Shown here in pieces: positions 14,979 to 27,958 of a DNA stretch of 64,000 nucleotides (position 1 is the stretch's first letter; the number at the start of each line of letters is the position of its first letter). A model generated the notes under the pieces. It searched no databases, had not been told where the DNA came from, and saw only the letters and a list, made by a program, of their open reading frames with translations. Source of the stretch: Tubulanus polymorphus. Its lineage: Eukaryota; Animalia; Nemertea. Both the position numbers and the translations under genes were made by a program. The stretch spans positions 2,884,485-2,948,484 of the forward strand of contig NC_134027.1 of the NCBI RefSeq assembly GCF_964204645.1. The letters run 5' to 3'.

Positions 14979-16249
14979 TTCATCTCTAAAGAATGCAACA
15001 TTCTATTGCATATTCAATTGGAAAGCAGCAGGAGATGTAGCCTAACTACGGAATCCAAATCGAATTTTCTTCACGCGGATAAGATACATCTCAGATCTCA
15101 ACTAAAATCGAAACATTTACCCCCGATGATAGAGTCACGAAATTGAATTTGACACTTCGCCGAAGCTGATTAGAAATCGTGAAGTTATGACGACGATAGC
15201 TCGGATAAGAGTAGATCCATTCAGATGAATATACCAGCGAGGGCTGCTACGTTCTGAGAGATCGATTTCATTCAAGGCGCCTCAATCAATTTTTCTTACT
15301 TAATAAAACTTAAAGTGACTTGATTCGACATTAATCATTATCGATAAGCAGAAGTTGACCCAAAGTTAAACAAGTTACGATGCAGCAAAAACGATAACTC
15401 GTCTATGAAGACATTTATCAACTGCGTAGTCGGCCATGTTTGTAGCGCCAGTGTGACATGAAGGACGCTCAGCGATCTGCACGAGCAAAGATCAAGATAC
15501 CGAACCTCATCAATACCCCGTAGGAATGCCAATCGCACTGATTGGTTTCCTTATTTCCGGAAAATGGGTATGGCACTCACAGATTCTGCAGCATTCCCCA
15601 GGAGACAACCCCGATAGATTCTGGTTAGAGTTAATTGACCAATCTTATTCACTGACCAAAAACTCCGCGATCAATCTAATAACATCGGAGTATTAGCGCG
15701 CACACCGTCGTCAAGAGAGCCAAGGTCTCTTACACACTGACCATCGATTGTTATCATATATACACGATGCTTGCAATATATGAAAATGATATGAGAGACA
15801 AAAAACCAAAATTCATTAAAAGAAAGATTTTGAAGATATACATAGCACTTTTTGCAAGTTCTTATCATTTTCTCGCGGAAGTCAATCGATAGGCAATTGT
15901 TAATTAACAATCCTCCCTCGCTGCGCAGAGAGGGGAAAAAATATCGACGGTTGTTGGACGAGTCAAGGCAGACGCAGGTGCCATCTTACTACATATCCTG
16001 ACAATGTTCTGACCGGAGAAGAGAACTCTCCCACCATCTTTTACTGTCTTGTCAACACGACTGTCAGAAAGATTCTCGACTCTAGTGCCATCTTTCCAAC
16101 AGAAACTAGCCACACTTCACATTTAAAAGTCTTCACATTTGATATCTCGAATAATCGTCATACCGTATCAGCACGTATTCATAGGCTTCACTGTTGAATA
16201 TCTAAGATTTGATAGCAACCAACAATTAAAGATGGAAATGTTAACTTAC

Positions 16250-16544
16250 CAGAAGAGGACAATCTATTAGCACGTAGGTGTACACTGGACGGCTGAGATA
16301 CTACACTACATTTCCGACGGTCGTTTACTAATGAACCATTGCTACTGATGTGATTATCACACGGAGAATTGGGACGGGATTGTCTCGGTGTGCTGCCCAT
16401 ATCTTCCACCATGAAGACCGGGTTATCGACACCATGTTTCGGTTCGGGGGATACCAGTATAAGGCGCGTATTTTGGGACATGACGCTCGTTCGGCTAGCC
16501 TTTCTACTCGGGCCTTCATCATGTTTCACCGATACTTGCGACAT
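16250..16544 (-). CDS. First coding exon of unidentified gene (MSQVSVKHDEGPSRKASRTS...GVDNPVF...), possibly a membrane protein cytosolic N-terminus
   Basis: Acceptor TTTTAG| 18 nt before the ATG, 98 codons, phase-1 donor G|GTAAGT; Ser/Arg-rich with a GxDNPxF motif. Downstream exons not identified in window. Confidence 0.65.
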
Positions 16545-17916
16545 TTTCTTTCAGAAACGAATCTAAAATATTAAAAATTACGCCGTTTTTAAGTCGGAAT
16601 GATCGAGTTGGCTTCGTGTGAGAGGCATGCGGTGATGTCGATAAAACCCATTAGGAACGCTAGAGTAATGAGAAATCAATAGTTAGATTAATCAACATTA
16701 TTCAATTTACACGTTTCCTCTTTATAAAAATACATCGTTTAATCCTAAAAGAATCACACTTATTTTGTGGCCGACTTTGTGACCATTGTATTGAGTATTT
16801 TCATCATTATTTGACCTAAAAATTCAAACAATCCACATCAATGGAATTTGTTTAGTGTAGTATATACCTAATGATAAAGACAACAAAGTATTTAATTACG
16901 ATACATTCTGATATTATGATAATCAAAGTAGTGATCTTACTGGCAACAATAATTAGCTCTATCTCTCCTGATTTACAAATCATCCTGATTCATTGCAAAT
17001 ATCCTAAGTATTGAGAGAAGTGAGAGATATGGATTGAAATTAGAGATGAAATTTTATAAAAATAACTGTATATGGTAAACTCGGCAGCCATTTTGTTTCA
17101 TTAAACACGATCAGAGCGTAGATTACAGCATCTCTTCGGTTGCATTGGATATCATTCAAAATTTGCAGGAATTAACGCCAAATTACGACCACAAAATCAC
17201 AGAATAAGCCACGTTACACAGCGAACGATTTCACTCGTATCATTTACCTTCAGATAAATTCTATTCTTTCGTAAAATTTCCATCAAAATATTCACCTGGA
17301 TTTTATGTGTAATCAGTGCATTTCTGTCTCCGTACCTGTAAGTGGAAAGTGATTTGCCAGTTACCATGGAAACCAGATTGGCCGAGACAACAGTAGCAGC
17401 TCGTATTTCCTGTGTAGAACATGTGACATATTGACGTGAACACGAAGCTGAATAGAGGCTGTACATCATTAATATAGTTCGCTATTGATGACTTGTTGAT
17501 CTACTACATCGATTTATATGTAATCTGTTAGTGTATCCATCAAATTAATATCTGATACATTGTATACTATGGGCAATGTATAAATGATAATGCCTTAGTG
17601 CAGTTCCATTTCAGTAAAATCTGGTAATCAAAAGTTATATTGAAAAAAGACGAATTCACAGTGTATGAAAATTATATCCAAAATTATGGACCAAATTCTA
17701 GGATTTGTCTTATTCTACGTTAAGTGAATTAAAGTGAATCGGTCTCGGAATTTTAAATCATGGGCTTAATGTCGTTTACTATTGAAGGGATTTTCAATTC
17801 TTGCTGTAAAATATAAAGAAAATAATTCTATTTCTATTCAGCAGTTGTGTAGCAGGTCCGGGGTAGTGTATGAAGTGCAGCAGATCTTTTTCAGCAGGTC
17901 CGGCCGACCGTGAGTG

Positions 17917-18079
17917 GTGTCAGATATTGACCGTCAAGTGCTGCCGCTAGAAATATCGCAAGCGGAGAACGTGTGAACTAACTCAACGCGCTGCATTCCT
18001 ACTGTGGCATACGAGTATCATTTTAGTTCGAGCATTCACCGTCAACGATGTGTAAAGGGGCAGCACTTGACGGTGACAC
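17917..18079. mobile_element. Foldback/MITE-like element with 16-bp perfect inverted repeats
   Basis: ACCGTCAAGTGCTGCC (17930-17945) / GGCAGCACTTGACGGT (18059-18074), with further imperfect inner and outer pairing. Confidence 0.55.
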
Positions 18080-18101
18080 GGTTGACGGTTGATTGACGCC
18101 A

Positions 18102-18128
18102 TCAGGTTCGAATCCTTACCGAGGGAGC
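18102..18128 (+). other. tRNA 3'-half fragment (B-box), probably SINE-derived
   Basis: GGTTCGAATCC followed by acceptor-like CCGAGGGA; no matching 5' half. Confidence 0.35.
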
Positions 18129-19053
18129 GTAGAGAAGCAATATCAAAATACATAAGTTTTTATATACATGTAATACCGATGACTCTCAGTCAAGGCTGAA
18201 ATAAGCCGAACCTTCAGAAAGGATTTTTGAAGAGATATATGTCTCACACAGTCTTATGTCTCACAGAATTCCCCATTCTGATTCCTGTGTCATGGTAACC
18301 TTGGTCCCCCCTCATAATAATCTTTTGTCTAAAAACATTTCCTCTCTAGTCAATATCACCTTGTTTCATGAACACAGCGTGTGTTGTTCTTGTTTGAAAT
18401 ATATACAGCGTAATACCATACTTGTAGTTACTCTTGGAAATAGTTTTTAGTATAAAACCGAAAATTCGTGTTTTTAATAAATCTTAATAGTTTCGACTTT
18501 TTAAAACTTGTGATTGTGGGACTTATATTCTATGCCCCACATTTGTTTAAGAGGACACTATACCCGCGTTGTGACGATAATCTAGAGAGAATCCCACAAT
18601 AATAACATAATATAAAGTCCGAAATGTTTCCTTGCGGGATTCTCTTTATTATGGACTTTCGCTTTAGCCTAAGTGAGTTCGAATTCGAACTTGATAGTAC
18701 CGAGATTGCCACTGTTCGTGCCGTGGCGGGGTGTAGCGATGCCATCAGGTTCCAATACATAAATAATCCAATGTTTGATGTTAGTTTAGTGGCAGTTCAC
18801 AGGTCTTCGTTATTTAGTCATGCATAGTTTTAGTTTTTCGTGCGTGGGTGTTATTAAAACAAAGCCCTACTAAAACGAAAACTATATGCACCAGAAAAAA
18901 AAACGACCAATTTACGTTTCATATGCGCTTGTTTATATTGCCTACACCAATTGACAGAGGTGGTTGAATATAATTCAGGTCTTACATAGAAACAGTACAT
19001 GTACCTGAAAGATACCAGAAATAAAAAACAAATTATCGTTTGTACATACAGAT

Positions 19054-19133
19054 TTAAGTTGTTAGATTGGCTATAGAACTAAGTTGGTCTTAAACTGGTC
19101 TTACGTCTAAGCCATGACTATGCAACCGACCCC
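19054..19133 (-). mobile_element. MITE family fragment (second copy at 48406-48480 in opposite orientation)
   Basis: Reverse complement matches GGGCCGGTAACATAGTCAGGGCTTAG...CTTAGTTCTATAACCGATCTAACAACTTAA in the last CDK intron. Confidence 0.6.
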
Positions 19134-19346
19134 GTAAGTCATAAATCGATTTAATTTCTCCATTAATTCAGTTTATCTTAAATCGATTTAGGCCTTAATC
19201 CAGGAGTTGCTATATCAAACTTAACTAAACGAATAACAAATTTCAAAATCAATTTTATTCTCATACAACAATTATACAAAATGCCAGGAGTGCTCGAGGA
19301 ATTATAGTGTAAGCTCCTCAAACATGTGGACTTTGAAAAACAGCTA

Positions 19347-19450
19347 GTCCAACCACCATAGGCGTATAAATTATCTATACGCCCATTGTCCAACCATAGA
19401 CTCTAAAACCAAAGTCTATGGCCCACAACCATGGACTCAATAGTCCATGG
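19347..19450. repeat. Three tandem mini-palindromes with CCAT(A/G)G-type ends
   Basis: Stems at 19357-19387, 19394-19421 and 19429-19450. Confidence 0.7.
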
Positions 19451-20145
19451 CCCCCGCACTAAAACCAGAGATAAACCTGGCCAAATACTCTGGAAAGCGT
19501 AGGATTAAGGAATCAATCTGATTTACATTCTTACATCATTTTATTTTCACATATCATATTATTAACTTTTAGCTTATTTTCTCAAATTTTAATAGTAATT
19601 TCATTTCTATTACTATGTATGAAATTGTACTAACTTAAAACAAAGTTACATGTAAGGTATTTAGAAGTCTTTATCTACGATACATTTCCACTACAGCTGA
19701 TTTATACAATTTGTATCAATAGGAAAATAATACATAAATCTTCAAATAAATATGGTTAGACTGACGAAGCTACGGTAACTTCTTAATTGTTTTATTCAAC
19801 TTGATAGTAGATATAAATACAACTCTATATAAAGATCAGAAATTCTTCTTGTCCAGATATTACAGGCCCCACACAGACACGGTTAAACTGATAATCAAAA
19901 CAAAGCTAGGACAATTGACTAATTAGCACTGAATCCTCACGTTAGCCTATCAAGAAACAGCTATTTTCGACAGGGCATTGTTGCTATATAAATTAACAAC
20001 TAAAAAGTTTCAACATAAATGATGAAAATGTACATCGTTTTATTCACACAACAATAATATCTTAATCGTGGAATCATCATGCAAGTTCCTAATTTCCAAA
20101 CATGCGTTATGTGTTACAATAACAGTCTCCAAACATAAAAACATA

Positions 20146-22200
20146 GAACATTAAAACTAGAGATTGAACATACAGATTCACTCTGGAAATCTAAGTATCA
20201 ACTAATCATTACTTTCACTAGAAAACTAGAATTTTGCCTACTTTGCCTTGTCTTAAATTATACAATCAGTAACTAATCTATGACATCAATAAATTAAGTT
20301 TATAGCTGTTATACATTCTTTCTAAAAAGTAAAATGTATGTACCAGATTTTAGATAGTAAGTCTACCCCCGTATAACAATTAACAGTCACAGCAGTGATT
20401 GAGCGCGGCTAGTTCATAGGACGGTCGATCTTTCATCACAGTTATTCAAAGCATTCTATCATATCAGTTATTTTTTTTAAGTGTGTTCGATTTAGTTGAG
20501 GTTTATGGTTATTTGTTTTGTTCATTACAATAACTGAGTCCGATAGAATGCTTAAAACAACAACAGAAAAGATCTCGGGTTTTCACTATTCTTAGGGAAG
20601 GTTGTTCGATAAATGAAGAACCTTGTTGATAAATATTTGAAAAAATGCCTTTTCATGTAAATAGAATATTAATTTGTTTATTTGTATTGTTGTTTATTAT
20701 TTTTATCTATTTTTTAATATTATCTATTTATGTATGTACTTGTATTTTGTATTATTTACTACTTATTATTCATTGGTTTTTTTTTTATTGATTTTTTATT
20801 AATTTATGTACTTGTAGTTTGTATCATGTATTATTTATACTACCCTATTAACAACCGCAGGCATTTTTTCACTGTAATGTTTCTGGGCCCATTTTAAAAA
20901 GCGCTACCAATTCACTGCCACTCCTTTATAATCATTATACACCCAATTTGAAGCTAAGTGATTATTCACGAGAGCCATCTCGTGATATGGATTTACCCAT
21001 TACAATAACGGAAGTTCAAACAGCTATAAACAATGTTAAAACGTTCAAAATTAGTCCTAGCTATAACTGTATGCCTTGTTATTCCTAGCTTTACCTCTCA
21101 AATGTAAATAATGGTCTCCTTTCAAATAAAGCTTTTGATTTCAAATATGTAGCGATGATCATCAAACAGATTGATGGAGGCTCAAAGTTGAAACTTGATG
21201 TGAAAATCGACATATACGATTCAATTGTGAAAAATCAGTTACATGGGCCTTCGAAAATATATATCCATCAAATTAATACATCTACAATTCAGCAAATACT
21301 TAATATTTGTACATCAACACTGGCCTAACGTTATGTTCTGTTTCCTAACTATGTGATACCTACATGGACAAATAGCCATATTTGACTGTTTAACTATGCT
21401 AAAGTTTAAAGATTAAACTCACAATATCATGTTGAAACTATATCTCAGTTTAGGAGTTAACTCAACAGACCTGCGAGCCCAAACAAGGCGCTCGACGCGA
21501 CCATTTACCCCTAGTGACTAACCCAACCAAGGATCGAATACCAATATCGTGAATTAATGGAGCTTAGCTTTTATTAGACTCTCACATTGCATTAAACATT
21601 ATAAAATAATTTAAATGAAATCTAATCAAAACACTATATCATCATAACATTAAAACTAGAGATTAACTAGAGAATCAAACAGATTCACTCTGGAAAACTT
21701 AGTAGCAACTAATCATTACTTTCACTAGAAAACTAGAATTTTATCAACTTTGCCTTGTGATAAAGATTTCCAAACACATTGACATTAAATACTTAGGTAT
21801 TCTGACGTTTTTTCTTGCAGCTTCAAAAACGTCAAAATAATTATACAATCGGTAACTAATCATTAACATCAATAACATTAGTTTATAGCTGTTTCACATT
21901 CTTTCTAAACACTGGTCTAACGTTATGTTCTATGTTTCCTAACTATGTGATATCTAAATAGCCAAAGTTGACTATGTTTAGCTTTGGTAAGTTTGAAGAT
22001 TAAAATCACAATTCATGTTGAAACGATATCTCAGATTAGGAGTTAACTCAACAGACCTACGAATCCAAACTAGGCACTCAACGCGACCATTTACCCCCAG
22101 TGACTAACCTAACTTGACTTATCTATTGACCAAGGATCGAAGACCAAAATCGTGAATTAATGGAGCTTAGCTTTTATTACTCTCACATCGCATAACACAT
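20146..22200 (+). repeat. Tandem duplication of a ~550-bp unit, first copy interrupted by ~1 kb
   Basis: 20146-20327 matches 21647-21909; 21319-21600 matches 21910-22200. Confidence 0.85.
20426..20574. mobile_element. Foldback/MITE-like inverted repeat
   Basis: GATCTTTTC..AAGCATTCTATC..TCAGTTATT / AATAACTGA..GATAGAATGCTT..GAAAAGATC. Confidence 0.55.
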
Positions 22201-22289
22201 GATCAATTAATTTCCTCGAAAACACTATATTATCCATTGGACTGGTTTGAAAAAGGTGATAAGTAAAAAAATCAATACTTTACTACAGA

Positions 22290-22490
22290 AATCCGCTATT
22301 GTCTTCGTCGCTCCTGGATCTCAGTGTTTATAAGATGCACTATTGTTTATGCTGCTCCTATTAAGATACACTATTGTCTTTGCTGCTCTTAAAACAGTGC
22401 TTATCCTGAATCAGTGTTTATGAGATAATCCATTAGCTTTGTCGCTCGAATCAGTGTTTATTAGATTCACTAGAGTCTCTGCTGCTCCTG
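22290..22490. repeat. Degenerate ~30-42-bp tandem repeat
   Basis: Recurrent CACTATTGTCTTTGCTGCTCCT / TCAGTGTTTAT motifs. Confidence 0.6.
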
Positions 22491-22529
22491 ATAAAATATT
22501 TTTTAGAAATCAACCACCGTTTGGAGAAG

Positions 22530-23870
22530 AATCCATCGTTGAGTGATTAATTCGTTGCTGGCTCCTCAACTTCTAATCTGGGCTTCTGCAGTTTTTATCA
22601 GCAAATGGGTTAATCAGCATTCATCTACTTGTAGATTTTTTGATGAGTAGTAGATCTCAAGCTGGGTTTTTTCTCATAGTTGATATTTAGCTGCAATAAT
22701 TAAAAGAAGATATCCTGTAATGACACAATATCTCAATAAGAATTAATCGTAATAATTTCATATATATCAAGTTACCTTTTACGATTGCTTGGTTCGTTAT
22801 CGGCAATTATCTTATTAGTTGATTGGGTAATGAGTTCGATTCTGTTGGCCTCATCTGTTCACTGTTCCAGTTGGTCGATTTTGGACGAGTAGCTGATCTC
22901 AAGCTGGGTTTTTTCGCATGGTTGATATTTAGCTGCAATGATTAAAAGAAGATATCCCGTAATGACCAAATATTTCAATAAGAATTAATCGTAATAATAC
23001 CATGTATATCAAGTTACCTTTTATGATTACTGGTTTTGTTATCGGCGATTATCTTATTAGTTGGTCGGTTAATGAGTTCAATTCTAGTTGGCTGTGCGCT
23101 GTTCAAGTTGGTCGATTTTTGACGAGTAGTTGTTCTCAAACTGGGTTTTTTCTCATAGTTGAAATTTAGCTGCAATGATCAAATATCCTTTAATGACCAA
23201 ATATTTCAATAAAAATTAATCGTTATAATTTCATGTATATCAAGTTACCTTTTACGATTGCTTGGTTCGTTATCGGTGTGGATCACCAAAAGTTGGTGGG
23301 TTAATGAGTTCGATTCTGTTGGCCTCATCTTTGCGCAGTTCAATTTGGTCGATTTTGGACGTGTAGTTGATCTCAAGCTGGGTTTTTTCGCATAGTTGAA
23401 ATTTAGCTGCAATGATTAAAAGAAGATATCCTTAAATGACCAAATATTTCAAAAAGAATTAATCGTAATAATTTCATGTATATCAAGTTACCTTTTATGA
23501 CTGCTTGGTTCGTTATCGGCAATTATCTTATTAGTTGGTGGGTTAATGAGTTCGATTCTGTTGGCCTCATCTTTGCGCAGTTCAATTTGGTCGATTTTGG
23601 ACGTGTAGTTGATCTCAAGCTGGGTTTTTTCGCATAGTTGAAATTTAGCTGCAATGATTAAAAGAAGATATCCTGTAATGACCAAATATTTCAATAAGAA
23701 TTAATCATAATAATTTCATGTATATCAAGTTACCTTTTATGATTGCTGGGTTCGTTATCGGCGAGGATCTCCTAAGTTGGTTAGTTCTTGAGTTTCATTC
23801 GAATCGGCCCCTTCTGTGCGCTGTTCTCTAATCGGCAGATTTCTGATGATTTGTCGACCTCAAGCTCTCG
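22530..23870 (-). repeat. ~242-bp tandem array of exon+intron-like units (pseudogene or spliced non-coding relic)
   Basis: Five intron-like segments AG|GTAACT...TTGCAG| at 22691-22775, 22933-23017, 23170-23248, 23407-23491, 23649-23733; exon-like parts 152-158 nt. Confidence 0.8.
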
Positions 23871-24044
23871 TTTGAGTTGGTGTCCCTTACACTCCTACTA
23901 CACCTGCCACTAGCGAAACAGGCGTTTTTTTTTTAAATCGGAAATTGAAGTACAGATATAGTTGTGTGATCGGCGGTCGAGTTTACAGAATTTTTTTTCT
24001 TTAAATCCAAGCACATAATTGGAAATTTCTCTACCTATTCTTAT

Positions 24045-25823
24045 ATCGAGATTTTGGATATCTACATTACAAGGTTTTTTTTCTGCCTATTTTAATAAAT
24101 CAAGATTTTGGATATCTATATTAAAAGGTTAATTTTTTTGCCTTTTTTAATAAATTGAGATTTTGGATATCTATATTACAAGGTTAATTTTTGTTCTGCC
24201 TATTCTATTACATTGAGATTTTGGATACTATATAACAAGGTTAATTTTTTTGCCTTATTTAATAAATCGAGATTTTTGATGTTAACTTTCTTTCTGCCTA
24301 TTTGAATACATCTAGATTTTCGATATCTATATTACAAGGTTAACTTTTTTCTGCCTATTTTAAAAATCTAGATTTTGGATACTATATAACAAGGTTAATT
24401 TTTCTTCAGCCAATTTGAATACATCTCGATTTTGGATATCTATATAACAAGGTTAACTTTTTTTTCTGCCTATTTGAATAAATCTAGATTTTGGATATCT
24501 AAATAACAAGGTTAACTTTTTTTTCTGCCTATTTGAGTACTTCTAGATTTTGGGTATCTATATTACAAGATTTATTTTTTTTTCTGCCTATTTCAATACA
24601 TCTAGATTTTGGAAATCTATATTACAAGGTTAATTTTTTTTCTGCCTAATTTATTACATCTAGATTTTGGATATCTATATTACAAGCTTAACTTTTTTTC
24701 TGCCTATTTCAAAACATCTAGATCTTGGATATCTATATTACAAGCTTAACTTTTTTTCTGCCTATTTCAAAACATAGAGATTTTGGATATCTATAATAAA
24801 AGGTTAATTTTTTTTCTGCCTATTTGAATAGATCTAGATTTTGGATATCTATATTACAAGGTTAACTTTTTCTGTCTATTTGAATACTTCTAGATTTTGG
24901 GTATCTATATTACAAGGTTAATTTTTTTCTGCCTAATTTATTACATCGAGATTTTGGATATCTATATTACAAGGTTACATTTTTTTCTGCCTATTTGAAT
25001 ACATCTAGATTTTGGATATCTAAATAACTAGGTTAACTTTATTTCTGCCTATTTGAATACATCTAGATTTTGGATATCTATATTACAAGGTTAACTTTTT
25101 TCTGCCTATTTGAATACATCTAGATTTTGGATATCTATATTACAAGCTTAAATTTTTTTCTGCCTATTTCAAAACATCTAGATTTTGGATATCTATATTA
25201 CAAGGTTAATTTTTTTCCTGCCTTATTTATTACATCGAAATTTTGGATATCTATATTACAAGGTTAACTTTTTTTCTGCCTATTTCAAAATATAGAGATT
25301 TTGGATATCTATATTACAAGGTTAACTTTTTTTCTGCCTATTTCAAAACATCTAGATCTTGGATATCTATATAACACGCTTAACTTTTTTTTCTGCCTAT
25401 TTCAAAACATCTAGATCTTGGATATCTATATAACACGCTTAACTTTTTTTTCTGCCTATTTCAAAACATCTAGATTTTGGATATCTATATTACAAGGTTA
25501 ATTTTTTTTCCTGACTAATTTATTACATCGAGATTTTGGATATCTATATTACAAGGTTAACCTTTTTCTGCCTATTTCAAAACATAGAGATTTTGGATAT
25601 CTATATTACAAGGTTAACTTTTTTTCTGCCTATTTCAAAACATCTAGATTTTGGATATCTATATTACAAGGTTAACTTTTTTTTCTGCCTATTTCAAAAC
25701 ATCTAGATTTTGGTTATCTAAATTACAAGGTAAACTTTTTTCTGCCTATTTTAATACAGCAAGATTTTGGATATCTATATTACAAGGTTAACTTTTTTCT
25801 GCCCATTTCATTTCATCGAGATT
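24045..25823. repeat. ~58-bp satellite, about 30 copies
   Basis: Consensus TAGATTTTGGATATCTATATTACAAGGTTAAC(T)nCTGCCTATTTCAAAACATC. Confidence 0.97.
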
Positions 25824-26099
25824 TAGACATTAGAAACTTTGAATCATTCCCACACCTTGATAAATCCAGAATTCAGCAAAGTCTTTTTAAAGATTCAATA
25901 AATCCTTCGCACAAGAGCCAGAGTTACACTTCCTGTACTCTTTTGATATCAACCAATATTAAATTATACAATTGTCTTATCAACCACTATGGTTTGGATT
26001 TGAGCACTTTTGAGATGAAGATGCTAAAATTTATCTTCATCGTAGAGTCAACTAATCAGTCAACTAATGTCCTCTATGATTTAAATTATCTCGGACAAT

Positions 26100-27950
26100 A
26101 TTTTATACGGGGCTTGAAATGTCTACACAAGAAGAATTTCAGATCCGGTACAAATTTGGATTGAACACTATTTTAAACTGCTTTTGCATCAGAGCTTTCG
26201 ATATCTAGTTTGACGAACCCAGAATTCCCCAAAACCTAACTGATTCAACAGACACATGTGGCCCAGTTAGACGCAGACGACATTATGTGATACAGTCGTC
26301 TCATCCACTGCGCTATTTTTTAAATAATTTTCACTTATATTCATTATATGGAATTGATTTTAATTAATCTTCTAGATATCTAAATCTAACGCAATCCATT
26401 AATTAGTAATCATACTAGCTTCATTTTAATTGTCAGTTGAATTCATCACTATTTGAATTCATCAGAACTTAATAAGATAAAAGCAAATTTTTAGTGGTAA
26501 ATTAGAAATTCCCTTAGCCGAATTGCTATATAATCTTTATTTCCCTTTTACAGAACACTGTGTATAAGGACCGAAAGACCTTGTTATGACTGGACCTCCC
26601 TGGTGCGGTGCGAGTCATGATGCTGGAATATAGATTGAAGGAGAGGGGTTAGTAAAAGAGAGCTATTAGCAAGAGGAATAAGACCTAAGTTAAGGATATC
26701 CTGTCAGAATAAGGCTCTCAATCTGACATACACAGTGAAATTGAAATATTCCCCCTTCCAAATTCAGGAATGTATTTGTGCACAGATTTGTTTTATCTCC
26801 CTTCGATCGGAAGTAAATCTGCGTTAAATGATTTTGGCAATATGTATCAAAACTAATACAACTGTATGAAGACACAGGTTCACTTTAGATACAGATAAAT
26901 AAATGTGCTCAGATACACATGTATCAGCTTTAAATGTCCACGGACCTGAATTAAAAATATTTTCACATAACAATTGAATTTACCTTAAATACGTTAATGA
27001 GTAATTCAAGCTATATTCTAATTGTCAGTTAACCTATATCTATCATACGTCACTTGACACACAGTAATGCTTTTAGATATTATTTGAATCAGTTAGGTTT
27101 CGGTAAATTTTGGCAATATTGAAGAGCATGACCACTTGCTGTAAGTACGGCAGTTTGAGATGCAAGTACTGATCAGTCAATGAGACTGATTCAGATGTGC
27201 TCATACATATCAGCTATATTTAAATTGTCAGTTTAACGACATTTATATTATGGACCTGTATTACATATAGTTTTTGATCTTACATGAAATATTGATTGTG
27301 GAATCTTAATTGTGGATATCTAAGCCATTTGTTAATGAGCAATTTGTCCTAGCTATATATATGATAATTGTCAGTTAATCAATAATCATAGCGCAAAACA
27401 AGGCGCATAGTATGGCTCTGGGGAATGATTTGAATCAATTTAAGCTTTGTTTCATTCTAGATTTGTCAAAGTGTTGAGACATAATCATAGTTTCTAAAAG
27501 ATCCACAGTCCATAGTTTTCCCCATATTACACCATATCTCGATAGAGCCCTAGACACTATTTTATACATCTTTCCGAGGAGAAATTCATCAATGCAATGA
27601 GTAAAGCATAATATAAACTGTAAAGTGCCTGAATGTTTATAAATGTATCAATATAGTATTTGTAAAAAAATCTATAAACCAACGATAAAGTTTAATTGAT
27701 ATATATCTTTACAAGTAAAGCCAGCCTAAATGTATACGGGGCCCTAAAATATCTACACCAGAAGAATTTCTCGTCAAACATTATAAGATATTGAATGATT
27801 GCTAATATCTAAGCGATTGGTTAATTAGTAAATTGTCCTATTTCTATATCTTGATTGTCAGTTAAACAATTGTCATATGAGGCCTGAAATATCTACGGTA
27901 CATTCGAAAAATTTCAAATGTCACATAAGATATTGAATTTACCTTAATTG
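26100..27950. repeat. Old degenerate repeat region
   Basis: Recurrent ATTGTCAGTT motif (near 26430, 27022, 27224, 27367, 27855) and TATACGGGGC...TCTACAC.AGAAGAATTTC (near 26104, 27733). Confidence 0.6.
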
Positions 27951-27958
27951 TACATACT

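Noticed and set aside
18032-18130. Intact tRNA gene
   Set aside because: B-box present but no A-box/D-arm or matching acceptor 5' strand.
24045-25823. CRISPR-like regular repeats
   Set aside because: Contiguous monomers with no unique spacers; a satellite.
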